A stretch of DNA of 64,000 nucleotides from Alphaproteobacteria bacterium (GCA_965205265.1 CBDBGH010000003.1:1024001-1088000); one strand, 5' to 3'; counted from the first letter of the stretch, positions 21,922 through 37,366 are shown. Numbers and translations are program-made. The notes: generated by a model not told the origin, from the sequence alone.

Positions 21922-22977
21922 TCAGCCGTCTCCGGTCAGCTCCCCGGCATAGGCGAAGAGTAGCGGCTGGCCGCCGGTGTGGACGAACACGACCGTCTCG
22001 CCGGACCCCACGACGCCGCGCTTCGCATAGTCCATGAGGCCGGCCATGGCCTTGCTCGTATAGACCGGGTCCAGAAGGATGCCCTCGGTCTCCGCGGCGA
22101 GCCGGAGTGCGGCATGCGACTCCGGCGTGAGCAGGCCGTAGGTCTCGCCCGCAAAGGATTCGTCGGCGGTGAAATCGGCCGGTTCGATTGCAAGGTTGAG
22201 GCCGAGCGCCCGCGCGGTCGCCGTGGCGATGCGCGCGATGTCGAGCGCCCGCTCCTCCTGCCAGCGGATCGGGCTGATCGAGGTGACCCGCGCCCGGCGG
22301 CCGAGCGCATGCAGGCCGGTGACGAGGCCGGCGGGCGTGTTGTTGGCGCCCGCGACGAAGACATGGTCGGGGTCGATCCCGGCGTCGTCGAGCTGGGCGT
22401 CGAGTTCGACCGCCATGTCCACATAGCCGAGCGCGGCGCGCACCTGCTGGTCGAGGCCGAAGGGGGCGATCACGTATGGCCGGCGGCCGGCGGCCTCCAG
22501 CTCGCGGGCCTTTGCGTCGAGATGGGGCTGGATGTCCTCCATGGACGCGATGTCGATCACCGTCACATCGGCGCCCATCAGGCTGTCGAGCAGCAGGTTA
22601 CCCTGAAGCGCCGGCCCCTTGACGCCCTCCATCAGCACGAGCGAGACCGCGAGGCCGTGGCGGCGCGCGGCCGCGGTGATCTGCCGGCACCAGTTCGACT
22701 GGGTGTAGGCGCCGGCCACCACGATGTCGGCGCCGGACTCCAGGATGTCGGCGAAGGTGAACTCGAGGTGGCGGGTCTTGTTGCCGCCGAAGGCGAGGCC
22801 CGTCAGGTCGTCCCGCTTGACATAGAGGGCGCGCACGCCGAGCGCGCCGGCAAGCCGGGGGCAGTGGTCGAGCGGCGTCGGCAGGTGGCCGAGCGGGACG
22901 CGCGGCAGCGTCGCGATACGGGCGGCAAGGTCTTCCCTCGTCGTTGCTGCCCCGGCATGCGCCGTCGCCACCGCCAT
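21922..22977 (-). CDS. D-cysteine desulfhydrase / ACC deaminase family PLP enzyme
   Basis: KRDDLTGLAFGGNKTR, QSNWCR, GILLDPVYTSKA, VHTGG. Confidence 0.9.
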   Translation of the reverse strand: MAVATAHAGAATTREDLAARIATLPRVPLGHLPTPLDHCPRLAGALGVRALYVKRDDLTGLAFGGNKTRHLEFTFADILESGADIVVAGAYTQSNWCRQITAAARRHGLAVSLVLMEGVKGPALQGNLLLDSLMGADVTVIDIASMEDIQPHLDAKARELEAAGRRPYVIAPFGLDQQVRAALGYVDMAVELDAQLDDAGIDPDHVFVAGANNTPAGLVTGLHALGRRARVTSISPIRWQEERALDIARIATATARALGLNLAIEPADFTADESFAGETYGLLTPESHAALRLAAETEGILLDPVYTSKAMAGLMDYAKRGVVGSGETVVFVHTGGQPLLFAYAGELTGDG

Positions 22978-23077
22978 GTCGTCCTCCCGGCCGGTTCCGG
23001 AGGCCATCCTATCGCCGGCGGGAAGCGGCCGGCAACCGCGCGGCAGGCGGGGGCGGCATTCAGGCGTTTGAAAAGAA

Positions 23078-23154
23078 TGGTCGGAGTGGCAAGATTCGAA
23101 CTTGCGGCCCCTGCCTCCCGAAGACAGTGCTCTACCAGGCTGAGCTACACTCCG
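23078..23154 (-). tRNA. tRNA-Pro (CGG)
   Basis: CGGAGTGTAGCTCAGCCTGGTAGAGCACTGTCTTCGGGAGGCAGGGGCCGCAAGTTCGAATCTTGCCACTCCGACCA; cloverleaf, anticodon CGG, encoded CCA. Confidence 0.97.
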
Positions 23155-23168
23155 GCCGTCGGCCGGAG

Positions 23169-23197
23169 TGTATAGCGGCGGCGGGGGCCGAGTTCAA
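23169..23197 (-). promoter_or_regulatory. Sigma70 promoter of tRNA-Pro
   Basis: Minus strand TTGAAC-N17-TATACA, 14 bp upstream of the mature tRNA. Confidence 0.65.
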
Positions 23198-23245
23198 CGG
23201 GGTGCGGCGGCACGAAACGCCGAAAGGGCGGCAGAGAGGGACGGC

Positions 23246-26827
<3,582 letters not shown>

Positions 26828-26870
26828 GGGCGGGGTCGATTGCTTTGCTAATGACTTGAATGTAGACAAA

Positions 26871-26981
26871 TGGGCAGAAAACGATAAAAATATACAGGAA
26901 TGGGCAGAAAATGACAGAAGTGGGCAGAAAATGGCAAAAACGCACAGGAATGGGCAGAAGATAGCCCGACTCGGGCAGAAT
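26871..26981 (+). repeat. 10-bp-phased direct repeat array (consensus TGGGCAGAAA) upstream of fic
   Basis: Nine contiguous 10-mers at 26871-26960 plus one at 26972; 26871-26910 is approximately repeated at 26921-26960. Confidence 0.85.
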
Positions 26982-27349
26982 TGCATTTGAAATGAATGAC
27001 TTTCAAGGCCGCGCCTTGCCGGAACCGGCGGAACCGGCCGGCTATTCATGGCTGATCGACCGCTACGGTCTCAATCTTCCTTTGCCCCTATAGCGCGACA
27101 ATCTGGGTGAGAGCCGCGCGTCAATCAGGATGAGATTCCCCGGCGGCATCGGCGAGTTGATGATTGTCGCGCGGGGCGCGGATTGCAAGCGGTTTCGGAT
27201 TTTGATTGTCGCGGCGCGACAAACAGGGTTTTCGGAGAGCGTTTTGATTGTCGCGGGGGGGCCGTCGGGTCGGAGAAGAGACGGCCCGCGGAGGCGATTC
27301 CCGCGGGCTGTGAGTGTTGTGGCCGCTGGGCCGATCTGGCGGCAGCGGT

Positions 27350-29697
<2,348 letters not shown>

Positions 29698-31352
29698 CTA
29701 CTCGGAAAAACGTCACCGTTCGCCCAGCCGACCGACCCCGCCAGAAGGTCCAGGAAAAATTTTTGAGGCGGCGGCCCGGAACTCCGGTCGGGCTACGCCC
29801 TCCCTCCGTTCCGGGCCGCCGCCTTCCCCCGTCTCATCCTGATTGTCGCCAGCGTCTCAAGCTGATTGTCGCGCCGCATGCCCCCGAGATTGGCCGCAAT
29901 TGCCGGGCGCGACCACCCGCGCACGACGCCGGACTGGTTGCTGTTGCGGCCTTCCCGCCGCCCGCAACCGACCCTGGCGGAGCATCTGGCGTTCGCCTTC
30001 CGGCGAGAGGGGATCGACCTTTCCGTGCTTCACGCCCTGTTCGCAGTCTTGCCCGCCGGAGAGGTGGCGGCCGCGGTGCGCGCGCAGCCGGCCGGTGCGT
30101 TGTCCCGCCGGCTCTGGTTCATCTACGAGTGGCTGACCGGCGAGCGGCTCGACCTGCCGGATGCCAACGCGGCGCGCTATGTTCCGATTGTGGACACTCG
30201 CCTTCAGTTCGCTTTGTCCGGCGGCGAGCGTTCACGGCGTCACAAGGTGCTGGACAATCTGCCCGGCACGCCTGCCTTCTGCCCGATGGCGCGGCGCACG
30301 CCGGCGCTCGATGCGGCCCGCGCCCTGCAACTCGATGCCCGCGCCCGCGACACCGCCGGCCGGGTGCATCCGGACCTTATGACGCGCGCGGCGTCGTTCC
30401 TTCTGCTCAACGACACGAAGTCGTCCTTCGCCATCGAAGGCGAACGGCCATCGAGCGCCCGTGCCGCCCGGTGGGGCCGGGCCATTGCCGAGGCCGGCCG
30501 GCGGACGCCCGACCGCGCCGAGCTAGAGCGTCTCCAGCGCATCGTCATCGAGGATGCGCGCTTCGTGCGGCTCGGCCTTCGCGATGAAGGCGGCTTCGTG
30601 GGGCTGCACGACCGGATCGACGGCTCCCCGCTGCCGGACCATGTCAGCGCTCGTCCGGAGGACCTGCCGGGGTTGGTAAACGGTATTGCCGAGTACTGCG
30701 CGCGTGCGGTGGCAGGTAGGCTGGACTCCGTTGTAGCGGCTGCGGTTGCCGCCTTCGGTTTCGTCTATGTCCATCCGTTCGAGGACGGGAACGGCCGTAT
30801 CCACCGCTGGCTGATCCACCATGTGCTGGCGGCGGCGGGCTACACGCCGCCCGGTGTCGTGTTCCCGGTCAGCGCCGCCATTCTGAGCCGTATCGGGGAC
30901 TACCGCCGGGTGCTCGAATCCCGCTCATCCGCCCTGCTGCCCTTCATCGATTGGCGGGCGACGGAGGGCGGCAATGTCGAGGTGCTGAACGACACGGCCG
31001 CCTTCTACCGCTATTTCGACGCGACGGCCCACGCCGGGTTCCTCTACGAGTGCATCGAACGGACGGTGGAAGAGGACCTGTCGCGCGAAATCCGGTTCCT
31101 CATCGCCTTCGACCGCTTCGCCGCCGGCGTGAAGGAGATGGCGGACATGCCGGACCGCCGGTTGGAATTGCTGCGCGGCTTTCTGGAGCAGAACGGCGGC
31201 AGGCTTTCCGCCCGCGCCCGCAGCCGGGAGTTCGCAGCCCTGACCGACGAGGAGGCAGCCCGCATCGAGCGGCTTTATGCGGATAGCTTCGGGGAGTCCC
31301 AATAGGTATCGCGTAGTCCGGTCGGACTGAAACCCGTCGCCCCGGCCCCCGA

Positions 31353-32795
31353 TCCTACCGTATGCACACATCTGCCATGGAGAGTGTTGAACGGGGTGTT
31401 TCCCTTGTCGGTGTCCTGTGATTCTCCGGTTCTCCGGAGCTGACGGGAACCGGGAGGGTCGGACATGGACAATGAGGCTTCGCATTTCGGGGACCGCCGG
31501 ATTGACGAGGCGGGCCGGTTCCTGCACGACCGGCTTGTCAGGCGCGGTCCCCGGGGCATCTCCGTTCGCAGCGTGGGCGGGACCCGCGCGGGCGAGGTAC
31601 GCATCGGGCGGTTCCTGCGAAACGGGAGGGTCACGGTGGAGAAGGTGGTGGCGCAGGCCGCGCGGGGCACGGCGGGCCGTGTCGCTGGCCTGCATGTGCT
31701 GGCGATCCAGGACACGACGAACTTCCGCAACAGCGGCGGCGGCACGGGTGTGGTCGGCCACGCCACGATCGCGGTGGAGGCCGAGGCAGGGGCCCTTCTC
31801 GGCCTGGTTGCCACGCAGGTGATCGCGCGGTCCGGCGGCCAGAAGGCGTCGAAGCCGGCGCCGCCCTGCGACAAGCAGAGCCGGCGCTGGCTCGACGGCA
31901 TGCAGGAGAGCGCGCGCCTGCTGGAAGCGGGGGCGGCGCGCGTGACGGCGGTGGCGGACCGGGAAGGCGACATCTACGAGATGTTCGCCTGCCGGCCCGA
32001 GGGCATGGATGTCCTGGTCCGGGCCGCGCAGGACCGCGTCCTCGCCGACGGCGGGGGCAAGCTCTTCGACGGCCTGGAAGGCAGGCCGGAGGAGGAGCAT
32101 GCGGTGGACCTGCCGGCGCGGCCCGGCCAGAAGGCGCGCACGGCCCGCATCTCGGTGCGCTTCGGCGCGGTCACGCTCCGGCGTCCGAGGCACCGGGCCG
32201 CAGAGCCCGGCACGCCGGAGTCCCAGCCCGTCTTCCTCGTCGAGGCGCGCGAACGCGACCCGCCTGCGGGGGTGCCGCCTGCGCACTGGCGGCTGCTGAC
32301 CAGCCACCGGGTCGAAACGCACGACCAGGCCCGGTGGATCACCCGGCTCTACCGCAGGCGCTGGACGATCGAGCAGCTGTTCCGCACCGTCAAGACCAAG
32401 GGCTTCGACATCGAGGCCGTCTCCATGGAGACCGCCCCGTTCCGGGTCCTGTGCGCCATGACGCTCGTCGCCGGCGTCTCCTGCCTGCAACTCGTTCAGG
32501 ACAGGGACGGCGAGGGCGCCCGCCCGCTCAGCGACGTCTTCGACGAGGCCGACAGGACCGCCCTCGAAGCTGTCTCGGCCACGCTCGAGGGTGGCACCGA
32601 AAGGCAGAAGAACCCACATACGCCGGGCTCGCTGGCCTTCGCCGCCTGGGTCTGCGCACGCCTGGGAGGCTGGACCGGCTACTACGGCAAACCCGGGCCC
32701 GTGGTCATGCTGAAAGGGCTCTACGAGTTCAGGGCCATACAGCTCGGCTATAACCTCGCTCTGGAAAGAGCCGGAAATGTGTGAATCCGGTAGGA
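31353..32795 (+). mobile_element. IS4-family (IS50/Tn5-like) insertion sequence, about 1.44 kb
   Basis: 21-bp terminal IR TCCTACCGTATGCACACATCT vs TCCTACCGGATTCACACATTT (3 mismatches); CCCCGA flanks both sides. Confidence 0.9.
31465..32784 (+). CDS. IS4-family DDE transposase
   Basis: LAIQDTT, VADREGDIYE, YRRRWTIEQLFRTVK (YREK motif), ARLGGW; stop codon lies within the right IR. Confidence 0.93.
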   Translation: MDNEASHFGDRRIDEAGRFLHDRLVRRGPRGISVRSVGGTRAGEVRIGRFLRNGRVTVEKVVAQAARGTAGRVAGLHVLAIQDTTNFRNSGGGTGVVGHATIAVEAEAGALLGLVATQVIARSGGQKASKPAPPCDKQSRRWLDGMQESARLLEAGAARVTAVADREGDIYEMFACRPEGMDVLVRAAQDRVLADGGGKLFDGLEGRPEEEHAVDLPARPGQKARTARISVRFGAVTLRRPRHRAAEPGTPESQPVFLVEARERDPPAGVPPAHWRLLTSHRVETHDQARWITRLYRRRWTIEQLFRTVKTKGFDIEAVSMETAPFRVLCAMTLVAGVSCLQLVQDRDGEGARPLSDVFDEADRTALEAVSATLEGGTERQKNPHTPGSLAFAAWVCARLGGWTGYYGKPGPVVMLKGLYEFRAIQLGYNLALERAGNV

Positions 32796-32901
32796 CCCCG
32801 AGCCGGGGCCTCCATGCAGCGTAGCTCCTGCGGCGCGAGGCCCCGGCTCGGGGGCCGGGGCGACGAAATGTGGGGCGAGACCGGCGGCGTTTGACTGCCG
32901 C

Positions 32902-34023
32902 CTACAACGCAGCGTAGCGCCTCAGGTGGTAGTCGTTGTCGCCGAAGCTGCGGTCGATCATGGTGAGGCGCTTGAAATAGTGGCCGGCGGCGTATTCGTC
33001 GGTCATGCCGATGCCGCCGTGAAGCTGGATCGACTGCTGGCCGACGAAGCGGGCCGACTTGCCGATCTGCACCTTGGCGGCGGACATGGCCTTCTTGCGG
33101 GCGTCCGCATCCTCCTCGTCGATGCGCATCGCCGCCATCATCGCCATCGACTTCGCTTCCTCATGCGCGATGAACATGTCCACCATGCGATGCTGCAGCA
33201 CCTGGAAGCGCCCGATGGGCTGGCCGAACTGCTCGCGCGTCTTGAGATATTCGAGCGTCATGTCGTTCAAGGTGCCCATCAGGCCGACCGCCTCCGCCGA
33301 CACGGCTGCAATCGCCCGGTCCACGACTTCCTCCACGGTGCCGAGCCCGCCGTCCACCTCGCCGAGCACATCGCCCGGCGTGTTGTCCAGCGTGACCTCG
33401 CCGGCCCGGAGGCCGTCGGCGGTCGGGTAACCGCGCACCGAAAGGCCGGCCGCATCCCTGTCCACCAGGAAGAGGGTGATGCCCTCCGCATCGCGCGAGC
33501 CGCCGGCCGTGCGCGCCGACACGACGAAGCGGTCCGCCGTCGGCGCGCCGAACACGACGCTCTTCATGCCGGAGAGCCTGTAGCCGCCATTCGCAGCCTC
33601 GGCCCGGACCTCGACATCCTGGAGGTTGTAGCGGGCCTGGCGCTCGGCGAAGGCGAAGGCGAGCTTGCACCTGCCTTCCGCAACGGCGGGCAGGATCTCG
33701 GCCTTCTGCTCTTCGGACCCGGCCGCCGCGACCGCGCCGCCGCCCATGACGACCGTGGAGAGGTAAGGCTCCGCGACCAGACCGTTGCCGATGGCTTCCA
33801 TGACCACCATCGTCTCGACGCCGGACATGCCGAGGCCGCCATGTTCCTCCGGGAAGGGGATGCCGAGCCAGCCGAGCTCCGCGAATTGGGCCCAGTGCTC
33901 GTCGGACCAGCCCTGCTCGGTGGCCACCAATTGGCGCCGCGCCTCGAAGCTGTAGTTCTCGCGCACGAAGCGCTGCACGCTCTCCTGCAGAAGCTGCTGG
34001 TCCTCGGAATAGTCGAAGTCCAT
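32902..34023 (-). CDS. Acyl-CoA dehydrogenase, PimD-like small subunit
   Basis: YLKTREQFGQPIGRFQVLQHRMVDM, QLHGGIGMTDE. Confidence 0.9.
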   Translation of the reverse strand: MDFDYSEDQQLLQESVQRFVRENYSFEARRQLVATEQGWSDEHWAQFAELGWLGIPFPEEHGGLGMSGVETMVVMEAIGNGLVAEPYLSTVVMGGGAVAAAGSEEQKAEILPAVAEGRCKLAFAFAERQARYNLQDVEVRAEAANGGYRLSGMKSVVFGAPTADRFVVSARTAGGSRDAEGITLFLVDRDAAGLSVRGYPTADGLRAGEVTLDNTPGDVLGEVDGGLGTVEEVVDRAIAAVSAEAVGLMGTLNDMTLEYLKTREQFGQPIGRFQVLQHRMVDMFIAHEEAKSMAMMAAMRIDEEDADARKKAMSAAKVQIGKSARFVGQQSIQLHGGIGMTDEYAAGHYFKRLTMIDRSFGDNDYHLRRYAAL

Positions 34024-34069
34024 GGCCTGTCCCTGTTCCTTCCCGTCTGCGGGCGCCGTCCGGAGGCTA

Positions 34070-35239
34070 TTAAAGGCCGAGCACGGCCTTGGCGATGATG
34101 TTGCGCTGGATCTCGTTCGAGCCCCCGTAGATGGAGGCCTTGCGCCAGTCGAAATAGCAGGCCGTGGCCCCGGCCGCCTCGCTCGGGCCCACGGGCGGCT
34201 CGTTCCAGCCCCGGGCGAGCGCGCGCTCGATGAAGGGATGCGCGAAATAGCCCTGCGCCTCCATCAGCAGCTCCATCACGTCCTGCTGGATTTCGGTGCC
34301 GCGTATCTTGAGCAGCGAGGCTTCCGCGCCGATCTCGTCATCGGCCTTCTTCGCCGCCACCATACGCAGATAGGACCAGCGCAGGTCCTCCAGCGCGGCG
34401 CCCGTCCCGGCGATGCGGCGGGAGAACTCCGGATCGCGCCCGTCGTCGATCTCCTCCAGCCGGTCGAGGCGCTGGCGGCAGAGCCCGACGCCGGCCGTGC
34501 CGGAGCGCTCATGGCCGAGCAGGTATTTGGCGCAGGTCCACCCCTTGCCCTCGTCGTAAATCCGCTCCGAGACCGGCACGCGGACATCCTCGAAGATCAC
34601 CTCGTTGAAGTCCGACATGCCGCTGAAGCGGTCTATCGGGCGCACCGTGACTCCGGGCAGGCTCATGTCGATCAGGAGGACGGAGATGCCGTCCTGCTTC
34701 TTGCCGGAGCTGTCCGTGCGCACCAGCGCGAAGCACCAGTCCGCCCAGTCGGCGTTGGTCGTCCAGACCTTGCGGCCATTGACGATGTAACGGTCGCCGT
34801 CGCGCACCGCCCGGCAGCCGAGCGAGGCCAGGTCCGAGCCGGAATTCGGCTCCGAATAGCCCTGGCACCAGATGACTTCGCTGGAAAGGATGCCCGGCAG
34901 GTGGCGCGCCTTCTGCTCTTCCGTGCCGAAGGCAAGCAGCACCGGGCCCACCATCTGCGGGCCGAAGGGCACTGGCCCCGGCGCGCAGGCGAGGTAGCTT
35001 TCCTCCTCGAAGATGAACCGCTGCGAGGGTGTCCAGCCGGGCCCGCCCGCGGCTTCCGGCCAGTTGGGGCACATCCAGCCGCGTTCGGAGACGGCGCGCA
35101 TCCAGCCGACGACATCCTCGCGCGTGAGCAGGCTGCCGTCCCTCACCTTGTCGCGCACATCCTGCGGGAGCCGCTCCCGGATGAAGGCGCGCACCTCGTC
35201 GCGGAAGGCGCGGTCTTGCTCAGCAACTTCCATGTGCAT
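34070..35239 (-). CDS. Acyl-CoA dehydrogenase, PimC-like large subunit
   Basis: WCQGYSEPNSGSDLASL, KYLLGHER, SIYGGSNEIQRNIIAKAVLGL. Confidence 0.9.
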   Translation of the reverse strand: MHMEVAEQDRAFRDEVRAFIRERLPQDVRDKVRDGSLLTREDVVGWMRAVSERGWMCPNWPEAAGGPGWTPSQRFIFEEESYLACAPGPVPFGPQMVGPVLLAFGTEEQKARHLPGILSSEVIWCQGYSEPNSGSDLASLGCRAVRDGDRYIVNGRKVWTTNADWADWCFALVRTDSSGKKQDGISVLLIDMSLPGVTVRPIDRFSGMSDFNEVIFEDVRVPVSERIYDEGKGWTCAKYLLGHERSGTAGVGLCRQRLDRLEEIDDGRDPEFSRRIAGTGAALEDLRWSYLRMVAAKKADDEIGAEASLLKIRGTEIQQDVMELLMEAQGYFAHPFIERALARGWNEPPVGPSEAAGATACYFDWRKASIYGGSNEIQRNIIAKAVLGL

Positions 35240-35316
35240 GATCGTCCCTCCCTCACCCGAGCGGGAGGCTAGGGCCTTAGCCCAGCCGATACAACCCGCC
35301 GCCTCGTCCGCAGTGT

Positions 35317-35799
35317 TCAATCCAGTGAGACCTCGGGAACGAGCCTGAGACCGTTCTTGTTCAATCTGCGCCGCTGAGGAGAATTGCGGGGAATTCGGAT
35401 CTTGTCCGTCGCGAGCCAAAAGTAGCGTTTGTCGGCATTGCTGCGGTCGGCCATCCTGCGCAGATCGTCGCCTTCGCAGGCCAGCCAATCGCGCAGTTGT
35501 TGCAGCTTGGCCAGGACAGGGGCGACTTCGCCCGTCTCGGCCTTGTGGACCTCGATCCAGACAGCCCGCTCAGCGCCGGTCTGCGGCCGGTAGCCGATGC
35601 CATAGTCCCAGCGCGGTGCATTAGCGTATCGGGGTACCGGTCGAAGCGCCGCGTCGAGGTCGATGCTTCCCGTCAACCGGTCGTCATCCGCGCAGGATAC
35701 TCTGCGTCGATGATTTCCCCGAAGAGCCTGCAAACGGGGCCGCCATGCTCCGTTGACGGGAGCCGGAGCCGCCTCTACCGCCCGCCTGAACGCCGTCAT
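35317..35799 (-). CDS. Hypothetical 160-aa protein, possible PD-(D/E)xK-like nuclease fold
   Basis: ATG overlaps the ATPase stop (ATGA); RWDYGIGY...AVWIEVH...K pattern. Confidence 0.7.
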   Translation of the reverse strand: MTAFRRAVEAAPAPVNGAWRPRLQALRGNHRRRVSCADDDRLTGSIDLDAALRPVPRYANAPRWDYGIGYRPQTGAERAVWIEVHKAETGEVAPVLAKLQQLRDWLACEGDDLRRMADRSNADKRYFWLATDKIRIPRNSPQRRRLNKNGLRLVPEVSLD

Positions 35800-36959
35800 C
35801 CCCGCGCGTCTGCCCGGTTCGCAACCTCGGCCACAATGTCCCCCGCATGGCCGGAAAATTCCGTCAAGCCGCCCCAGCCGCTCTGCGCCTCGTCCTCCGA
35901 GCCGGGGTCGAGTTCGGAAATATCCCGAACCCTGCCGTCGCGGGCGAAATAGTAGGTTTTCAGCATTCCGTTCAGCGCAGCCTCGGCAATGCCTCGCGTC
36001 GCCGGGTTCAGGGGCAGGTTCAGAAGGCGGGTAACGTCCCTCGCAGTCCCGCCGTTCTCCTGGAGGAAACGGAGCGCCCAGACCATATCCAGCACATGAG
36101 GCGAATGGGTGGAAAGGCAAACGCGGTATTCGCGCCGCAACAGTTCCAGCACAAGATTCAGGACCGCGTTAATGGCGTTCGGATGCAGCCCGGTTTCCGG
36201 CTCCTCGACCACGACCCATTCGACGTCATTCCGGCGCGGTGTCGCGGCGGGCGGTAGCAGCCAATACAAGCCGAGAAGCAAAGGTACGAACTCTCGCTGC
36301 CCGGCAGACCATACCGAATAGGGGAGCGGGCGACCCCTCCTTCGCTGCAGGATCAGACGGCTTTGGTGACCGGAGGTGTCGGAGCGCAAGCCGAAGCGGC
36401 CGAAGATGTGCGTTGCGAGCGGGTCCCGGAGCGCTACATTCAGGCGCCCTTGTCGTGGAAAAACACTCTGGTTCAGGCCGATTTCCGTTTGCACGATCCA
36501 GTGCAGCTTGTCGCTGAAATCTCTCAATACGAAAGGGTCTCCGGCCCGGTAATCGCTGAACGGTCGCGTCATGCCGTCCCGCAGGCTCATCACCCGCTGC
36601 GCCGGGATATAGAACATGCTTTCTTGAGCGCTTCCGGACCTGCGGCTGCGGCCGTAGCTGCCCAAGTCCGTATCGTTTCTTGCATTGCCGAGCGTCAGAC
36701 GGCTGCTTTCAGCGTTCCATACAGCCGACATGCCCTCGCCCAGATAGAGATCGAGAAAGGCGGCGAAGTCGCTGCGCCACGTCATTCCGAAGCGCTGCAT
36801 GGTTTCGTGAATTGCGTGCTTGTCCTGAAGCAGTTTCAGAATCTGGAGAAAAATGCTCTTGCCGGTGGCCTGCGGCCCGACGAATACGGTCAGGTTGCCC
36901 AACCGGATGTCGGCCTCGCGGATCGGCCCGATATTACGCGCCCTTATCCGCTCGACCAT
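35796..36959 (-). CDS. ABC-type ATPase (AAA_15/AAA_21-like)
   Basis: Walker A GPQATGKS, signature-like WSAGQRE, Walker B/D-loop VVVEEPETGLHP, H-loop STHSP; no TM segments. Confidence 0.9.
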   Translation of the reverse strand: MVERIRARNIGPIREADIRLGNLTVFVGPQATGKSIFLQILKLLQDKHAIHETMQRFGMTWRSDFAAFLDLYLGEGMSAVWNAESSRLTLGNARNDTDLGSYGRSRRSGSAQESMFYIPAQRVMSLRDGMTRPFSDYRAGDPFVLRDFSDKLHWIVQTEIGLNQSVFPRQGRLNVALRDPLATHIFGRFGLRSDTSGHQSRLILQRRRGRPLPYSVWSAGQREFVPLLLGLYWLLPPAATPRRNDVEWVVVEEPETGLHPNAINAVLNLVLELLRREYRVCLSTHSPHVLDMVWALRFLQENGGTARDVTRLLNLPLNPATRGIAEAALNGMLKTYYFARDGRVRDISELDPGSEDEAQSGWGGLTEFSGHAGDIVAEVANRADARG

Positions 36960-37030
36960 GGTTTCGAGGCCTCCGAAACGCCCGCCTCCATCCTAGCCGC
37001 CGCAGGGTGAACCGCAAGCGCAAGCTTCGG

Positions 37031-37366
37031 TCAGAACATCCGGCCGCCGTCGGGGACCGGGCGTTCGGGGGCGAGGAGGACGACCTCGCCGTCTTTGTCC
37101 GGGAAGCCCAGCACCAGCACTTCCGACATGAACTTGCCGATCTGCTTTGCCGGGAAATTGACCACGCCCGCCACCTGGCGCCCGACCAGCGCTTCGGGGT
37201 CGTAGTGGACGGTCAACTGGGCGGAGGTCTTGCGCTCGCCGATCTCCGGGCCGAAATCGACCCAGAGCTTGATCGAGGGCCGGCGCGCCTCGGGGTAGGG
37301 CTCCGCGCGCGTGACGGTGCCGACCCGGATATCGACCTTCAGAAAATCCTCGAACGCTATCGTCAC
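37031..37366 (-). CDS. csaA: tRNA-binding/chaperone CsaA
   Basis: FEDFLKVDIRVG, VVNFPAKQIGKFMSEVLVLG. Confidence 0.9.
   Translation of the reverse strand: MTIAFEDFLKVDIRVGTVTRAEPYPEARRPSIKLWVDFGPEIGERKTSAQLTVHYDPEALVGRQVAGVVNFPAKQIGKFMSEVLVLGFPDKDGEVVLLAPERPVPDGGRMF

Larger units (their letters stand above)
31335..32865. repeat. REP-like palindrome (family D) split by the IS4 element
   Basis: Rejoined left arm CGTCGCCCCGGCCCCCGAGCCGGGGCC is the exact reverse complement of GGCCCCGGCTCGGGGGCCGGGGCGACG at 32839-32865. Confidence 0.8.

Noticed and set aside
23078-23100. tRNA-Pro as integration site of a genomic island
   Set aside because: No integrase and no duplicate of the tRNA 3' end seen in the window; only a 9-bp chance match inside a CDS near 21478
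26871-26981. Possible CRISPR array
   Set aside because: Units are contiguous 10-mers without unique spacers, and no cas genes are present
27162-27256. GATTGTCGCG repeats at 42-bp spacing as iterons
   Set aside because: They match the IS21 terminal IR core; multiple transposase-binding repeats are standard for IS21
29767-29823. 16-bp GC hairpin as an independent sRNA or terminator
   Set aside because: It lies inside the IS21 end upstream of istA and is part of the element
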